Shown piece after piece: positions 20,872 through 31,143 of a DNA stretch of 64,000 nucleotides. Each line of letters opens with the position of its first letter. The first letter of the stretch is position 1. Under the pieces are notes generated by a model, which saw only the letters and a list, made by a program, of their open reading frames with translations, had not been told where the DNA came from and did not search any database. The translations under genes and the position numbers were made by a program. This DNA is from Nematocida ausubeli (taxonomy: Eukaryota): NCBI RefSeq assembly GCF_000738915.1, contig NW_026515634.1, forward strand, positions 248,001 to 312,000, read 5' to 3'.

Positions 20872-22356
20872 ATGGATAATAGAACGTACATTAAAGACCT
20901 ACAGCCAGGTGCCAACTCGTGCGTATTCGGGCTTCTGTTGACACACACGCCGCTTAGAAAAACAACAGGATCTGACTACCAGATGGTTTTGAACATAGTG
21001 GACGAGCACAGTGAAAAGCATGTGCCAGTGCTTCTATTTATGTCAGACCCTGAGTGTTTTCCCAAGTACATCATAGAGAACCAAACAGTTATCAAAATAA
21101 CAAGGCTAACTGTAAAAAACACAAACGGCGGCACGCGCCTGCTGATTGACAGAAAGCACGGGTGCTTCTTTTTTGACGTCTGCAAGGGGCAGGTGAATCC
21201 TGTGCCGTACTTTTCCTGTGCAGAGAGCGCGTATGTAAGCAGTCTGGATGATTGGAAAATTTTGGACACTATTCGCAGGCACTTTATTCAGCAAATATCA
21301 ATAGGGCCTGGAATGATATCTGGAGCATCCAAAGAAAATGCTGTTGTAAGCGTGTATGGCTATGTGAAGGATATTATGACGAGCCACGGATGGAATACAC
21401 TGGTGCTGTGTGATCCAAGCACATACAAAGACCTCTATATTCGGGTGTGGGAAAGAGGTGTAGACATGCTGCCAAAAAAGCATACGTATGTCTGCATGTA
21501 CAGCCTGAAGGTGAGAAAAAACAATGCTACACATATTACAGTGGATGTAAGTAAGAGTGCGCCCTTCGCGTGGACGTACAACATACCCAGCGACGTGAAA
21601 ACACTGCTGTCCGCATTTACAACCATAAACACCAAGAAGTTTATAAGCGCGCTAGTGCATAAAATCAACAAGGTGACCTCAGAGAATAATGAAGCAGATG
21701 ACTTGCTAGGCAGCGAAGGAAGGGAAGATCTCTCTGCCATACTTGGGGAAAACGGATCTAAGAGTGATCTAGCCCAATTTAGCGATGAAGCCATAAACGG
21801 GTGTTTTATAGAAGATAGCCCAGACTGCATAAGAGAAGGCAGAGAAAGTGTTTCTAGCGCTGTGTCTAGTGCAGATCACACGCAGCAGAGTGCAGATGAC
21901 AGCACAAAAAACATTTCTGGAGAGCAAGACTTGCATAAATCGCAGCTTGTCTCTAATGAAATCATGCGCAGTCTTGGAACGCAGTCTACTGGCACTCCGT
22001 GCACTCCAGAGCATACGCTAGAAAAAATCATTCACGGGAAAGGGTACTTTATTTCGTTTAAAGAAACAGATAATCTGTACGACGAGATTATACAGATACC
22101 CATTAAGCCGTACTATATGAACAAGACAAACAGCACTGTAACATTTGACCAACAGGCTCTTTTCATGATGGATCCTGAAACACGAGAGAAAGAGCACATT
22201 CAAGTGCAGCACGTAGGCTTCTACAAAAAAGTGCCAATGATTTTCCATGTTTGCGCAAGAGCACCTGGGACTTTAGAGAACATAGCAGGGTTTATCACGC
22301 TGCTTCCCAGCAAAACACCAACTTTACATGTGTTTTTATATAAAAATCCAGAATAA
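20872..22356 (+). CDS. POT1: POT1-like telomere ssDNA-binding OB-fold protein
   Basis: YIKDLQPG...VFGLL..TPLRKTTGSDYQMVLNIVD...LLF...FP...VIKITRLTVK aligns with POT1 OB1. A second OB-like segment follows. Confidence 0.75.
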   Translation: MDNRTYIKDLQPGANSCVFGLLLTHTPLRKTTGSDYQMVLNIVDEHSEKHVPVLLFMSDPECFPKYIIENQTVIKITRLTVKNTNGGTRLLIDRKHGCFFFDVCKGQVNPVPYFSCAESAYVSSLDDWKILDTIRRHFIQQISIGPGMISGASKENAVVSVYGYVKDIMTSHGWNTLVLCDPSTYKDLYIRVWERGVDMLPKKHTYVCMYSLKVRKNNATHITVDVSKSAPFAWTYNIPSDVKTLLSAFTTINTKKFISALVHKINKVTSENNEADDLLGSEGREDLSAILGENGSKSDLAQFSDEAINGCFIEDSPDCIREGRESVSSAVSSADHTQQSADDSTKNISGEQDLHKSQLVSNEIMRSLGTQSTGTPCTPEHTLEKIIHGKGYFISFKETDNLYDEIIQIPIKPYYMNKTNSTVTFDQQALFMMDPETREKEHIQVQHVGFYKKVPMIFHVCARAPGTLENIAGFITLLPSKTPTLHVFLYKNPE

Positions 22357-22389
22357 AAGGCATGTAGTTTATTTCCTGCAGTAATATTA

Positions 22390-23211
22390 CTATTCGTCGT
22401 CCCTTGGTGCAATATAGTAGCGAAGATATCCAACATTCATAACTGAGGTAAGATACACAGGCATGCCCATTGCCATGCTGAGAGTGATCTTTGCCCCCAG
22501 AGTTCCAAACTTGCTAAAAAGCGAGACGTACTTGTATGGTATGGAGAGCTCTGCACTTTCCTTTATCTCAATGGAGAAGTCCTTGTTTTCTGTGTTCTCC
22601 TGAACATCCTTGATCATAAACGACACTTCTGTGTTTCCAAACTCTGACCGCTGCTCAAACACAAACCCCTTCTCGGTTGCTGTGATTTTTAAAACCTCAC
22701 CAAAGGCCCCGAGCGTCTTAACCACCTTCTGAAACTCCGGAGACATGAAAGAGATAACTGCAGAGTACTCCACGCTTGGGAAAGTGTACTGATCACTGCC
22801 CACATCAACTAGGTTAATGTGATAGCTGTACCGCTTTCCTTCGTCCTCGCAGACAATGTGCAGGTCTGTTGCCTCGTCGTTCGCGGATAGAAGCACAGAG
22901 AGGTTGTCCTCTACAGGCATGCTTCTGAAAACCTTGAGAATAAAGGAGAGTGGTATTCCCAGCACAAGGTTCTTGTCACACCTAAAGCTCTCAAATGCGG
23001 TGCTTTTGAGGAAAATGTCTAGCATGCTTACCTGCATGCTGTCCATGGCCTGGATGTAGATCCCTTCTGTCGTCACTTTCATCTCTAGCTGCTTTACAAT
23101 TTCGTGCAGGCCTTCTAGAAGCTTCTTAAAGAACGAAAATGTGCACTTCTCATCAGTTGTCTTTTCTTCCTTTGGGTCTATGCTGCTTTTTCCTATTTTT
23201 AGTTCGAACAT
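22390..23211 (-). CDS. PCNA: Proliferating cell nuclear antigen
   Basis: GIYIQAMDSMQVS, FESFRCDKNLVLGI and GYLRYYIAPR motifs. Confidence 0.95.
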   Translation of the reverse strand: MFELKIGKSSIDPKEEKTTDEKCTFSFFKKLLEGLHEIVKQLEMKVTTEGIYIQAMDSMQVSMLDIFLKSTAFESFRCDKNLVLGIPLSFILKVFRSMPVEDNLSVLLSANDEATDLHIVCEDEGKRYSYHINLVDVGSDQYTFPSVEYSAVISFMSPEFQKVVKTLGAFGEVLKITATEKGFVFEQRSEFGNTEVSFMIKDVQENTENKDFSIEIKESAELSIPYKYVSLFSKFGTLGAKITLSMAMGMPVYLTSVMNVGYLRYYIAPRDDE

Positions 23212-23305
23212 TCGTTAAAAAAATAATTATCGTTTATATATAGAATCCCATTACGCATTTCTTTCTAATAAACTGCTTTATTTATTACTAAGAGGTGTCA
23301 GCCCC

Positions 23306-24571
23306 CTATGAAAATGCTTTTTTCTGTTTCTTAAGCTCTGAAGTTTTCTCCTCCTGGTGCTTCCTCTTGTTCTGCACTTCTTCTTTCTGGAGTGGCTTCT
23401 TTTCGCTTGCGGGCTTGCTGGCTGCTTCTTCTACTGCTGCGTTTTCGCTCTTCTTATGGGTCTGTGGCCCAAGCTTCCACTGCTTCTGGTATGTGTCTTT
23501 GTTCATAATAACTCTCTTGGTCTTGCATACAATACCATGGTCCATCATGCTTAGCTGGGGAGACGTGACTAGAGCTGTTGCCAAAGCAACTGCCTCTCCC
23601 TTTGGCGAGACAAGCACAATTGTGTCTTTGTGATCAAAGTCTCCGTATCGAAGGACTCCCTTTGCAGTGAGCTGCCCTCCAAAGCAGATTGAGTTGATGC
23701 AGCTGTCTTTTATAATAATTCTGGGGTATCCAACAAGAAGAGACTCCAGAGGCTTCACCACTGCACGCAAATATGACTCGTCCATTTTGGTCTGGTGCAG
23801 GTGCATGGAGTCAAGGACATCGTGCATGGTGACCAGAGAGTCCTCGTGGACAGCTCCGCTTCTTGTTCTTCGCAGATCCACCATCTCCGACTTAACTCCC
23901 ATATGCAGGCCTAGGTGCGTGCACAGTGATCGAATGTAAGTTCCTGCCTCGCATGCAACTCGGAACATTCCTAGCTGCTTCTCCTCATCAAAGTCAAGAT
24001 ACTCTACCTCAATGACTTTTCTAATTCTAAGATTCCTCTTCACAGCGCACTGCTCAGGGGGCCTCTGCAACAGTGGGCCAACATAAAGATTCAGTGTTTT
24101 TATGAACATCTCTTTTGTTATGCCCTCGTCAAACTTGACCACCCCCACATACTCCTTTCCTGCATCCTGCTGGCACTTTGCTATTCGCGTGGCCTTGTTT
24201 AGACACACAGGCAGGCAGCCCGAAACCATGGGGTCGAGTGTTCCAGAATGCCCGGTTTTTTCGCACCGAAGAATGTTTTTTATCCATGATACAATTTCGT
24301 GAGATGATGGGTTGCATGGCTTGTCCAAGTTTATCACACCATACTCCAAGTAGATATTCAGAGGCCTTTCCAGCGGGCTGTATCCGTATGAAGTTGGGGT
24401 GTATTTCAGAGACTTTATGTTCATGTCCTCCAGGCCCTTCAGCAGCAGTGGCCACTCGCCAGAGTGAGTCAGCTTTTCTCCGTTGTTGGTCATTAGCGCT
24501 TTCTTTGCTTTAATCACCATTGGCGAGTCTAGCTCTATCCCTCCGTCCGTTGCGTAATTAATTTCCTTCAT
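23306..24571 (-). CDS. CBF5: H/ACA snoRNP pseudouridine synthase Cbf5/dyskerin
   Basis: GVINLDKPCNPSSHE, TGHSGTLDP, CEAGTYIR, a PUA domain and a K-rich tail. First ATG at 24571; the ORF-track start is a GTG. Confidence 0.97.
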   Translation of the reverse strand: MKEINYATDGGIELDSPMVIKAKKALMTNNGEKLTHSGEWPLLLKGLEDMNIKSLKYTPTSYGYSPLERPLNIYLEYGVINLDKPCNPSSHEIVSWIKNILRCEKTGHSGTLDPMVSGCLPVCLNKATRIAKCQQDAGKEYVGVVKFDEGITKEMFIKTLNLYVGPLLQRPPEQCAVKRNLRIRKVIEVEYLDFDEEKQLGMFRVACEAGTYIRSLCTHLGLHMGVKSEMVDLRRTRSGAVHEDSLVTMHDVLDSMHLHQTKMDESYLRAVVKPLESLLVGYPRIIIKDSCINSICFGGQLTAKGVLRYGDFDHKDTIVLVSPKGEAVALATALVTSPQLSMMDHGIVCKTKRVIMNKDTYQKQWKLGPQTHKKSENAAVEEAASKPASEKKPLQKEEVQNKRKHQEEKTSELKKQKKAFS

Positions 24572-24601
24572 ATATAAAAAAAATTCGTGCGTAGTAATAC
24601 C

Positions 24602-25489
24602 ATGCACAGTGCAAAGGGCCCAGAGCTTATCTCATACTTAACAGAGGAAATGGAGGGCACCATTCAAGACTCAGCCTACTCCCCAAACGGAGAGATACTT
24701 GCGTGCGCGCTGGACTCCGGCCATTTGGTCTTCCACGACGCAGTAAGAAACAAGAGATATTCGTCTGTGGAAACGCCAAACGAAAAATCATTTCTGGTTG
24801 ATTTTATAGATCACAACACTTTAGTACACACGGTTGAGAAAGATATGCGTGTGCTAAACCTGGAGAAGGGCGAGTGCACTGCTCTCTTTGCAGCGCACAC
24901 CTCGCAAGTATACAGCATTTCAACCTCCTTGATGTTCAGAAACACAATATCTGTGGCGCACAACGAGGCGTATATCTGGGATGCCCGGGAAAAAAACCCG
25001 CATGCAAAGATACCAGTGCAAGGAAGACCCCTGATCAAGTACTCTCCAGACGGCCGGGTGTTTATGGCGCTGTTTGAGGAGAGGAAAGAGATGTGCTTGT
25101 TTGATGTGCGGTCTTATATGGGAGGGCCTTATAAAACAAAAAGGATAGAAATAGAAGGATACAGCGATGTGCATTTCTCACCGGACGGGTTTGGTTTTGC
25201 ATTGGTGCAGAAAGATGGCTTCAGAATTGCAGACGGGCTCAGCGGAGACATAACCATGCATCTCCCAAGCGAAAACAGCACAGCAGGCTGCTTCTCGCAA
25301 GACAGCCGATCATTTATATATGCAACAGGCCCAAATGAGATCTCAATGGCTACAATTCCAGAAACAAAGGGCGCGCCCATTTTCACCCACAGCAGCGACT
25401 GCCCTATCACTGCACTTCACTACAACCCATGTTTTGAGCAGGTGGCAGTTATTCACGGGCAACTCACGTTCCTGCAGAATTCAACGTAG
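24602..25489 (+). CDS. SWD2: WD40 protein, Swd2/WDR82 family (COMPASS/CPF)
   Basis: WD repeats with LFDVRSYMGGPY (cf. LYDLRSFDKGPF) and FSPDG. ATG at 24602. Confidence 0.7.
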   Translation: MHSAKGPELISYLTEEMEGTIQDSAYSPNGEILACALDSGHLVFHDAVRNKRYSSVETPNEKSFLVDFIDHNTLVHTVEKDMRVLNLEKGECTALFAAHTSQVYSISTSLMFRNTISVAHNEAYIWDAREKNPHAKIPVQGRPLIKYSPDGRVFMALFEERKEMCLFDVRSYMGGPYKTKRIEIEGYSDVHFSPDGFGFALVQKDGFRIADGLSGDITMHLPSENSTAGCFSQDSRSFIYATGPNEISMATIPETKGAPIFTHSSDCPITALHYNPCFEQVAVIHGQLTFLQNST

Positions 25490-26227
25490 TGCTTTATCTG
25501 GCCATGGTAGGCAGATAGCGCAGACCATACGTGTGTATTGTAATATCACTAAAATATGCACAACTTGAGTATCTTGGGCAACAATGGCCCAAATTTCGTA
25601 TATATCGCTAGTAAACAAGAAAACCGTCAAATAAAGATTTTTGTTCTATGCGAATTATCTAGCTAGGCCAGGCTTTCTATCTGTGGGCCTTGCCCATTTA
25701 TGTCTCTGTGCATCACATAATAAGAGACACTAAAGTTATATAAAACTTTAGGGCTCACATAAAAAGATGCTGCTGCAGGCAGAGACAGGGCAGTGATGGA
25801 TTTATGTATAGCTAGACAGAAATAAAGCAGATTAGTCTTTATGCGCACATTTTGAGAAATATTTTGTTTGCAGCTATGCATAGAGTGTATAAGCAGGCAT
25901 TATAAATATAAAGATTTATTTGAATAGTCGAAATAAGACATTATTCACACGTGCACAAGACACGAAGGACAGCATATTAACAGAGGTGCAGAAGGGCACA
26001 GGAAGAATAAAAATAAGATAGGATGAGGTATTAATCTTAGTTTGCAGAGGGGTAGAACAGCATGATAGTGTTGTATTGGCATAATATACAAAGTAACAGC
26101 CTGGAGAAGGCGGCATGTACACGAAATAGCAGTGTATAAAGAAAGAAAATATATAAGGTATTCTAAGAGGAATTAAAAAAAAGTTGCTTTGTACCTATCT
26201 TAACAACCAATTAGGCAGGCTGCGCAG

Positions 26228-28321
26228 TTATCTATTGTAGCCATTATGATTATAGTTATTTGGGCTGTAATTATTATTCTGGTTATAGTCGCCCGCTGGT
26301 CTGTAGCTGTTCGGGGATTCTTGGTTGTTTCTATAATCATTATTAGGGTTATACCCGTTGTTGGCAGAGTTATTTCTGTGGCTGTCATAGTACTGGTTTC
26401 TATTATATTCATGCGGACCTGAATCCTGGTTGTAGTCATTTCTACCTGGACTATTCTGCATCTGGGAACCATTTGGATAGTACCCACCATGCGAAGGCCT
26501 ATTTGGATCGTTATTCTGGGGATAGTCGCCTGAATGCCCGCTGTATGGGGGATTTGGGTTATACCTGTCTCTGTTGAAATACTGCCCTTGTGTGGGGTTT
26601 GCTGTGTTTAAAACAGATATCACCATGTCAATGTCTTTCATTACCACATTAGACACCTGATCAACCCGTATTTCATTGCGGAATATTTGCATGTATACAT
26701 CTCGCATTTGTGCCTTTACCTGCTCAGAAATCTGATGGTGCTCGCTGTCCTCCAGAATCTGTTTTATGATAAGAAATATGATGAAGCCGCGGGTATTGTT
26801 TGACTCAATCAGAAAGATGTTCTGCGGAGGCCTTTCTCGCCCACGCGAATATCCCTGTGCCTCCATGATTGCGCTCTGTATGGTTTTGATTGTGCTTTCC
26901 GAAACAGGCGAGTTCTCTAGAAGGGAGGTTTCTATGCTGGTGTACTCTATATTATGCGGTGTGACTTTTTGGTTTCTTACAAATATTTTTTCTATGCTAA
27001 ACTCCTGCTTCTGCGCATTATACACAATAAGAGGAGTTTTTTCGTATCTGCCAGAATGCGGAATTGACTTAATAAAGCTTTTGACAGTCGGAGGCGCACA
27101 TATATTCTTGCTTTCGCACTGTTCAGAGGAAGTGTACATGCACTTATTGTCTAGAAGGCAGAGAGTGCCTTCTGTGCACATGGGGTGAAGAAGATGCTCC
27201 TCGCTTACCCGAATGATAGGTATGTCACTGATGGATATGTGGGTGATTTGGGTTGATGTGGTCTCTCTCTGTGCTTGTGTAACCATGTCTGATAGTGCGG
27301 AGAGAGTAAGCGGGCTTACAAGAATAGTGTCTGTCACGTTAAGTTTCTTCAGTGGATTGTTGCTGTTTTTGTCCTCGCTTGGAACGCCTTGCTTTGGAAA
27401 GTTGGAAAATTTTCGCATCTTCTTCTCATCTGGGGGACCGTACGAGACAATATATGGGACAATTTTATTAGACCGGAGCGAGCAGTACATTGGGCCGGAC
27501 GCAGTGTCTTCATATCTATCTGAGGTATACCCACTACCATTGTTTGGGTATGAGTTGAAGTTGTTCGAGCCACTTGTATTTTGCATATCGGGTTCTGCAT
27601 CATACTGAGACTGCGGCGACTTTGGCCCCATGAATTTGTTTTTCACATTATTTAAAACCGTCTGCGGTAGCGACTCATACTTATCTTGCACCTTATTTAG
27701 GATATCACGCATGCTGTATGAGATCGTTGGAGGAGCGTCATTATCATGCGGAGGGCGATAGCTGCTATTTTCATCGCTGTTTCTATCTGAAGGTGATGTG
27801 CACCTGCCATTATGGTCTTTTCTGGAGGGATACTTACAGACCATGTCTTCTCCATCCCCGTGCCGGTGGTTGTACCCTTCTCTGTATGGCTCGCTGTCTG
27901 GGCTGCGCACTCTGCGTCTGTGTCTTGGATATACGCTTCCTCTACCGTGTGGATGGGCAGCTCTTTCTGTGAAGTAGCTTTGTATGCAATGGTCCTTTGA
28001 TCTGTGAAGATTTGAAAGTGTGCCCTCTTGTCTAATGTGCGTCTGGAGCCTTTTAATAACTTCCTCTGGCAAACACTCCCGCATGTATGGGCCATGCATG
28101 TCTGAGGCCCTATCTTCATTAAACTCTTCCTCTTCATTTCTTGGTAGGTTGCTGTTATGTCTATGGTGTTCTGAAGCCCACCTCGAAGCATGCCTACTGT
28201 CATCTATCCCAAGCCTTGAAGGGTGCCTGTGGTGGTCTCTGTCATGTTCAGCGTGCAGCACGCTCAGTATAAGCATAGTAATAAGAGTACTTTTCATTAT
28301 TTTCATATCTCTATGGTACAT
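26228..28321 (-). CDS. Secreted protein with His/Arg-rich N-region, Cys cluster and N/Y/P/G-rich C-tail
   Basis: 697-aa ORF with signal peptide MKIMKSTLITMLILSVLHA (possible start 28306). No known family recognised. Confidence 0.8.
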   Translation of the reverse strand: MYHRDMKIMKSTLITMLILSVLHAEHDRDHHRHPSRLGIDDSRHASRWASEHHRHNSNLPRNEEEEFNEDRASDMHGPYMRECLPEEVIKRLQTHIRQEGTLSNLHRSKDHCIQSYFTERAAHPHGRGSVYPRHRRRVRSPDSEPYREGYNHRHGDGEDMVCKYPSRKDHNGRCTSPSDRNSDENSSYRPPHDNDAPPTISYSMRDILNKVQDKYESLPQTVLNNVKNKFMGPKSPQSQYDAEPDMQNTSGSNNFNSYPNNGSGYTSDRYEDTASGPMYCSLRSNKIVPYIVSYGPPDEKKMRKFSNFPKQGVPSEDKNSNNPLKKLNVTDTILVSPLTLSALSDMVTQAQRETTSTQITHISISDIPIIRVSEEHLLHPMCTEGTLCLLDNKCMYTSSEQCESKNICAPPTVKSFIKSIPHSGRYEKTPLIVYNAQKQEFSIEKIFVRNQKVTPHNIEYTSIETSLLENSPVSESTIKTIQSAIMEAQGYSRGRERPPQNIFLIESNNTRGFIIFLIIKQILEDSEHHQISEQVKAQMRDVYMQIFRNEIRVDQVSNVVMKDIDMVISVLNTANPTQGQYFNRDRYNPNPPYSGHSGDYPQNNDPNRPSHGGYYPNGSQMQNSPGRNDYNQDSGPHEYNRNQYYDSHRNNSANNGYNPNNDYRNNQESPNSYRPAGDYNQNNNYSPNNYNHNGYNR

Positions 28322-28708
28322 ATAAACACTGTTTCAGATTTGCCTGCGCACGCACAGCAAAAGAAGGTCTAAGACTTTTTAATTTCATTCTATATGCATC
28401 TGCTGTCTTTGAAGAGAAAGCAAGCCTATTCGCATGCATAGCTACATGCCTAGCTACATACAAGGATATCTGGCAGAAAATAGACATAAGCATGCAAAGT
28501 AGTAGGATACACAATAAAAACAGAATAATCTTTTTGTAAATAAATATTCTGAGCTGCAATACATGATGGCCTTCTGGATTGACACTCATACTCAAAGATT
28601 TTTTGATAATTTCATATCGCAGAAGAGAGACTTTAAAAAGCAGAACAGCTGTAAGAAAAATAATACATGCAGTATTTATTCCATACACATACACACTTGT
28701 TTATCCAT

Positions 28709-29644
28709 CTAGAGAATGGGTGTGATGGTCACATTATGAATAGATGAAGTGTTGTCTAGGAAGACAACGTCTGCAGTAAGGCGCACCTTGCAGAACTCAA
28801 GGGAGCCGTAGAGCTCTTCTTTGCTTTTAAGCGCATGCATATTCATTATTCTGCTGGTGAGGTGCACATAGGCCTCTTCGTCTAGTGTGACACTTATACC
28901 GCCTTTTGAGTTGAAGATGTGTATGCTGTTTTTTTCTCTGGAGATGCGAAAGATTCTCCCATCCAGAATAATAGAGCAGTCCTTTTTTATTTTGTCTATC
29001 TCGTCAACTGACTTGATAGTAACCCTTTGCATTTCTAGCTTTTTACGGATTGCATTAATTCGTTTGTCGGCAACTGGCGTGTTTACTTCAATATTTGAGG
29101 CACTAAGAGCCTGTACTGTCCGGTTTGTGAGATTCACTTTTATATTTGACAGTAAAATAATGTCTAGGTGTTTTATAATGTGTCTATCGGATAGAAGTGT
29201 GAGCTTAAAATATCTGTTGTGCGCGTCAACGCAGTGCACCACGCATCGGTTCTTTGGGCATACGAGCTTCACAACAAGCACTATGGCAGGAACTACTTTG
29301 TTCTTTCTTTTCTTGATAGAGGTGTATGAAAAGAAGCATGTTGTGCTAGGCTCAAACACAGGGGCAGGCACATACAGCGGGTTCAGTATTTTTACATTCC
29401 GCACGCATGCAAATATGTGCTCTGCTTTTGGGGTCTTTGCATGTCCCTGGATGCTTATTACATGCCCAATAGATATAGAAGAAAAGATATTTTGCTCCTC
29501 AGTTGGAGAAATTGATGACACAGTAAAGGTAACAAAAGATATTTTCCCGCCGTTCTGCAGAACTGCCTTTGTTGTACTGATGATGTGGCAGTTTAGCACT
29601 TTCTTTGGCAAGAGCTCCAGCCTAACTATAAGCCCCACTACCAT
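28709..29644 (-). CDS. Multi-OB-fold protein, MEIOB/RPA1-like
   Basis: NRCVVHCVDAHNRYFKLTL...IILLSNIKVN...TVQALSASNIEVNTP resembles MEIOB OB2 (QRCEVRLYDETESSFAMT...VIFASDVRIN...TATVISKTIITTNP). Confidence 0.55.
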   Translation of the reverse strand: MVVGLIVRLELLPKKVLNCHIISTTKAVLQNGGKISFVTFTVSSISPTEEQNIFSSISIGHVISIQGHAKTPKAEHIFACVRNVKILNPLYVPAPVFEPSTTCFFSYTSIKKRKNKVVPAIVLVVKLVCPKNRCVVHCVDAHNRYFKLTLLSDRHIIKHLDIILLSNIKVNLTNRTVQALSASNIEVNTPVADKRINAIRKKLEMQRVTIKSVDEIDKIKKDCSIILDGRIFRISREKNSIHIFNSKGGISVTLDEEAYVHLTSRIMNMHALKSKEELYGSLEFCKVRLTADVVFLDNTSSIHNVTITPIL

Positions 29645-29686
29645 TGATAAAAGATAATCAAATTTGTCTTTATTTAAATGATTGAA

Positions 29687-30853
29687 TTAATCTTGCTTTA
29701 TAATCTGCGAAACAAAAGACTTTTCCTCTGTGGTTATGTCGGATACTACAGAAGGCGGGGGAGCATCCTGCCTCTTCAGAGAAAGTTCACACAGTGTGCT
29801 ATTTACAAGCGTAAAGTGCTCTGAAAAGAAGTTTAGAAGAACCGCCAGAAACTCTGTGCACGGAATGCCAGCCACTATGCACTCCTGAAGAAGCCCTGCA
29901 AAATAGAGAATGACCAGATCCTGCGGAATCTTCTCCTTTCTATACAGAATGCCTGTAACATGGCTGTCCACATCCCCCAGAAACTCATCAAACGAGCCAG
30001 ACGCAATGAAAAGAGAAACAAGACTGCCTGCACACGTGTGGATTAAGGCGCTTTTCTCCAGCGAGATACTTTCGTGCACCACACAGATTCCTCTGGAGAA
30101 GAAGGTTTTGCACTCCTGGAGATCTGTCCGCATCGCGTACTTCGCCTTCAGTATATTCACAGACGTCTGGATATTTCCAACGCTGTTGAGAACAGCTGCA
30201 TATTGCTTATAGCAGTCAATTCTGAGAAGCATTCCCCGGGTGCCCGCCAAGGGAGCCATCTGCCGGCACATGAGAATAATTGTTTTGGCGGAGGTCTTCA
30301 TGAAGGCAATGCTCTCGTGGGTGACCTCTCTATTTAGATCGAGAATAGAGTCTGTGGCTATTGCCTTTGACAGCAGCATGCCAAAGAACTCTCTTTCAAT
30401 CATGCAGCACATTTTTTCTATGTACCGGCTAGTGGTGAAACTTCCCATGTTTTCCGACCAGAAATGCTTCATCTCCTGGTACCCCTTCATATAGTTGTAC
30501 TCAAGAAAAAAGTCCAGGGCGTCCTTGTGCATCTTTCCATAGTTCTTCACAAAGAGCTTTTCGGAAAGAGTTTCTTTGTCTACGCTAAGAGCGCCTGAGC
30601 CCTTGACTGCCACCCCAAAGTAGTGGTACTTTGAGTTTCCGCGGTTTCCAAGCCGTCTACTGCGAATAAAAGGAAATGCCATCTTAATTACCTTTCCAAA
30701 CATGGCGGTATTCAGCGGCTCAATCCCCTTCTCCTTGAAGTCATTGCAGTAGTGCTGATAGATAATGCATCGCGGAATTGAGTTGTCTTTGCATGGCGCA
30801 TAGTTAAGATTAAGCCAATTGGTTATCGGCTGATTCATGCTTTCTATGAACAT
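29687..30853 (-). CDS. RFX winged-helix transcription factor
   Basis: WL..NY...SIPR..IY.HY...PLNTAMFGKVIKMAFP.IRSRRLGNRGNSKYHYFGV, a canonical RFX DNA-binding domain. Confidence 0.93.
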   Translation of the reverse strand: MFIESMNQPITNWLNLNYAPCKDNSIPRCIIYQHYCNDFKEKGIEPLNTAMFGKVIKMAFPFIRSRRLGNRGNSKYHYFGVAVKGSGALSVDKETLSEKLFVKNYGKMHKDALDFFLEYNYMKGYQEMKHFWSENMGSFTTSRYIEKMCCMIEREFFGMLLSKAIATDSILDLNREVTHESIAFMKTSAKTIILMCRQMAPLAGTRGMLLRIDCYKQYAAVLNSVGNIQTSVNILKAKYAMRTDLQECKTFFSRGICVVHESISLEKSALIHTCAGSLVSLFIASGSFDEFLGDVDSHVTGILYRKEKIPQDLVILYFAGLLQECIVAGIPCTEFLAVLLNFFSEHFTLVNSTLCELSLKRQDAPPPSVVSDITTEEKSFVSQIIKQD

Positions 30854-31143
30854 GTCTATGTTATTGTAAACAATGCGGACGGACTTGCTTATAGAGATTC
30901 AAATATTTATTTATTTTGCAGACGTTCTATTCGGCTAAGATTAAAAAGGCCTTCTGGGCCCACCTCTTCTCTTCTAGCACTCTCTTACAGAACGCAAATC
31001 ATATATATATTCTTAATTTGATATAAATATACTCCTTCAATTGAATACATGCAAGCCTGTCATTAATTTAAAACTAAAATTACACTTTATTTGTCCATAG
31101 GCAGCCTATCTAGCACATTAGCCACTCTTCTCCTGTGTGTCCT

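Noticed and set aside
25569..25582. X-box-like GTATCTTGGGCAAC (RFX site)
   Set aside because: Imperfect match, and it lies between two convergent 3' ends rather than in a promoter.
28311..28694. 127-aa hydrophobic minus-strand ORF
   Set aside because: GTG start, AT-rich, and occupies the upstream region of the secreted gene. No family motif; cannot be supported.
28887..29657. 256-aa + strand ORF and similar long antisense ORFs (e.g. 12692-13501, 41102-42049, 62796-63485)
   Set aside because: Shadow ORFs opposite better-supported genes, with the composition expected of antisense codons.
29645..29689. RFX stop is in frame with the MEIOB-like ORF with no intervening stop (possible readthrough fusion)
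   Set aside because: Only 14 codons, plausible by chance. The spacer carries an AATAAA signal, indicating normal termination.
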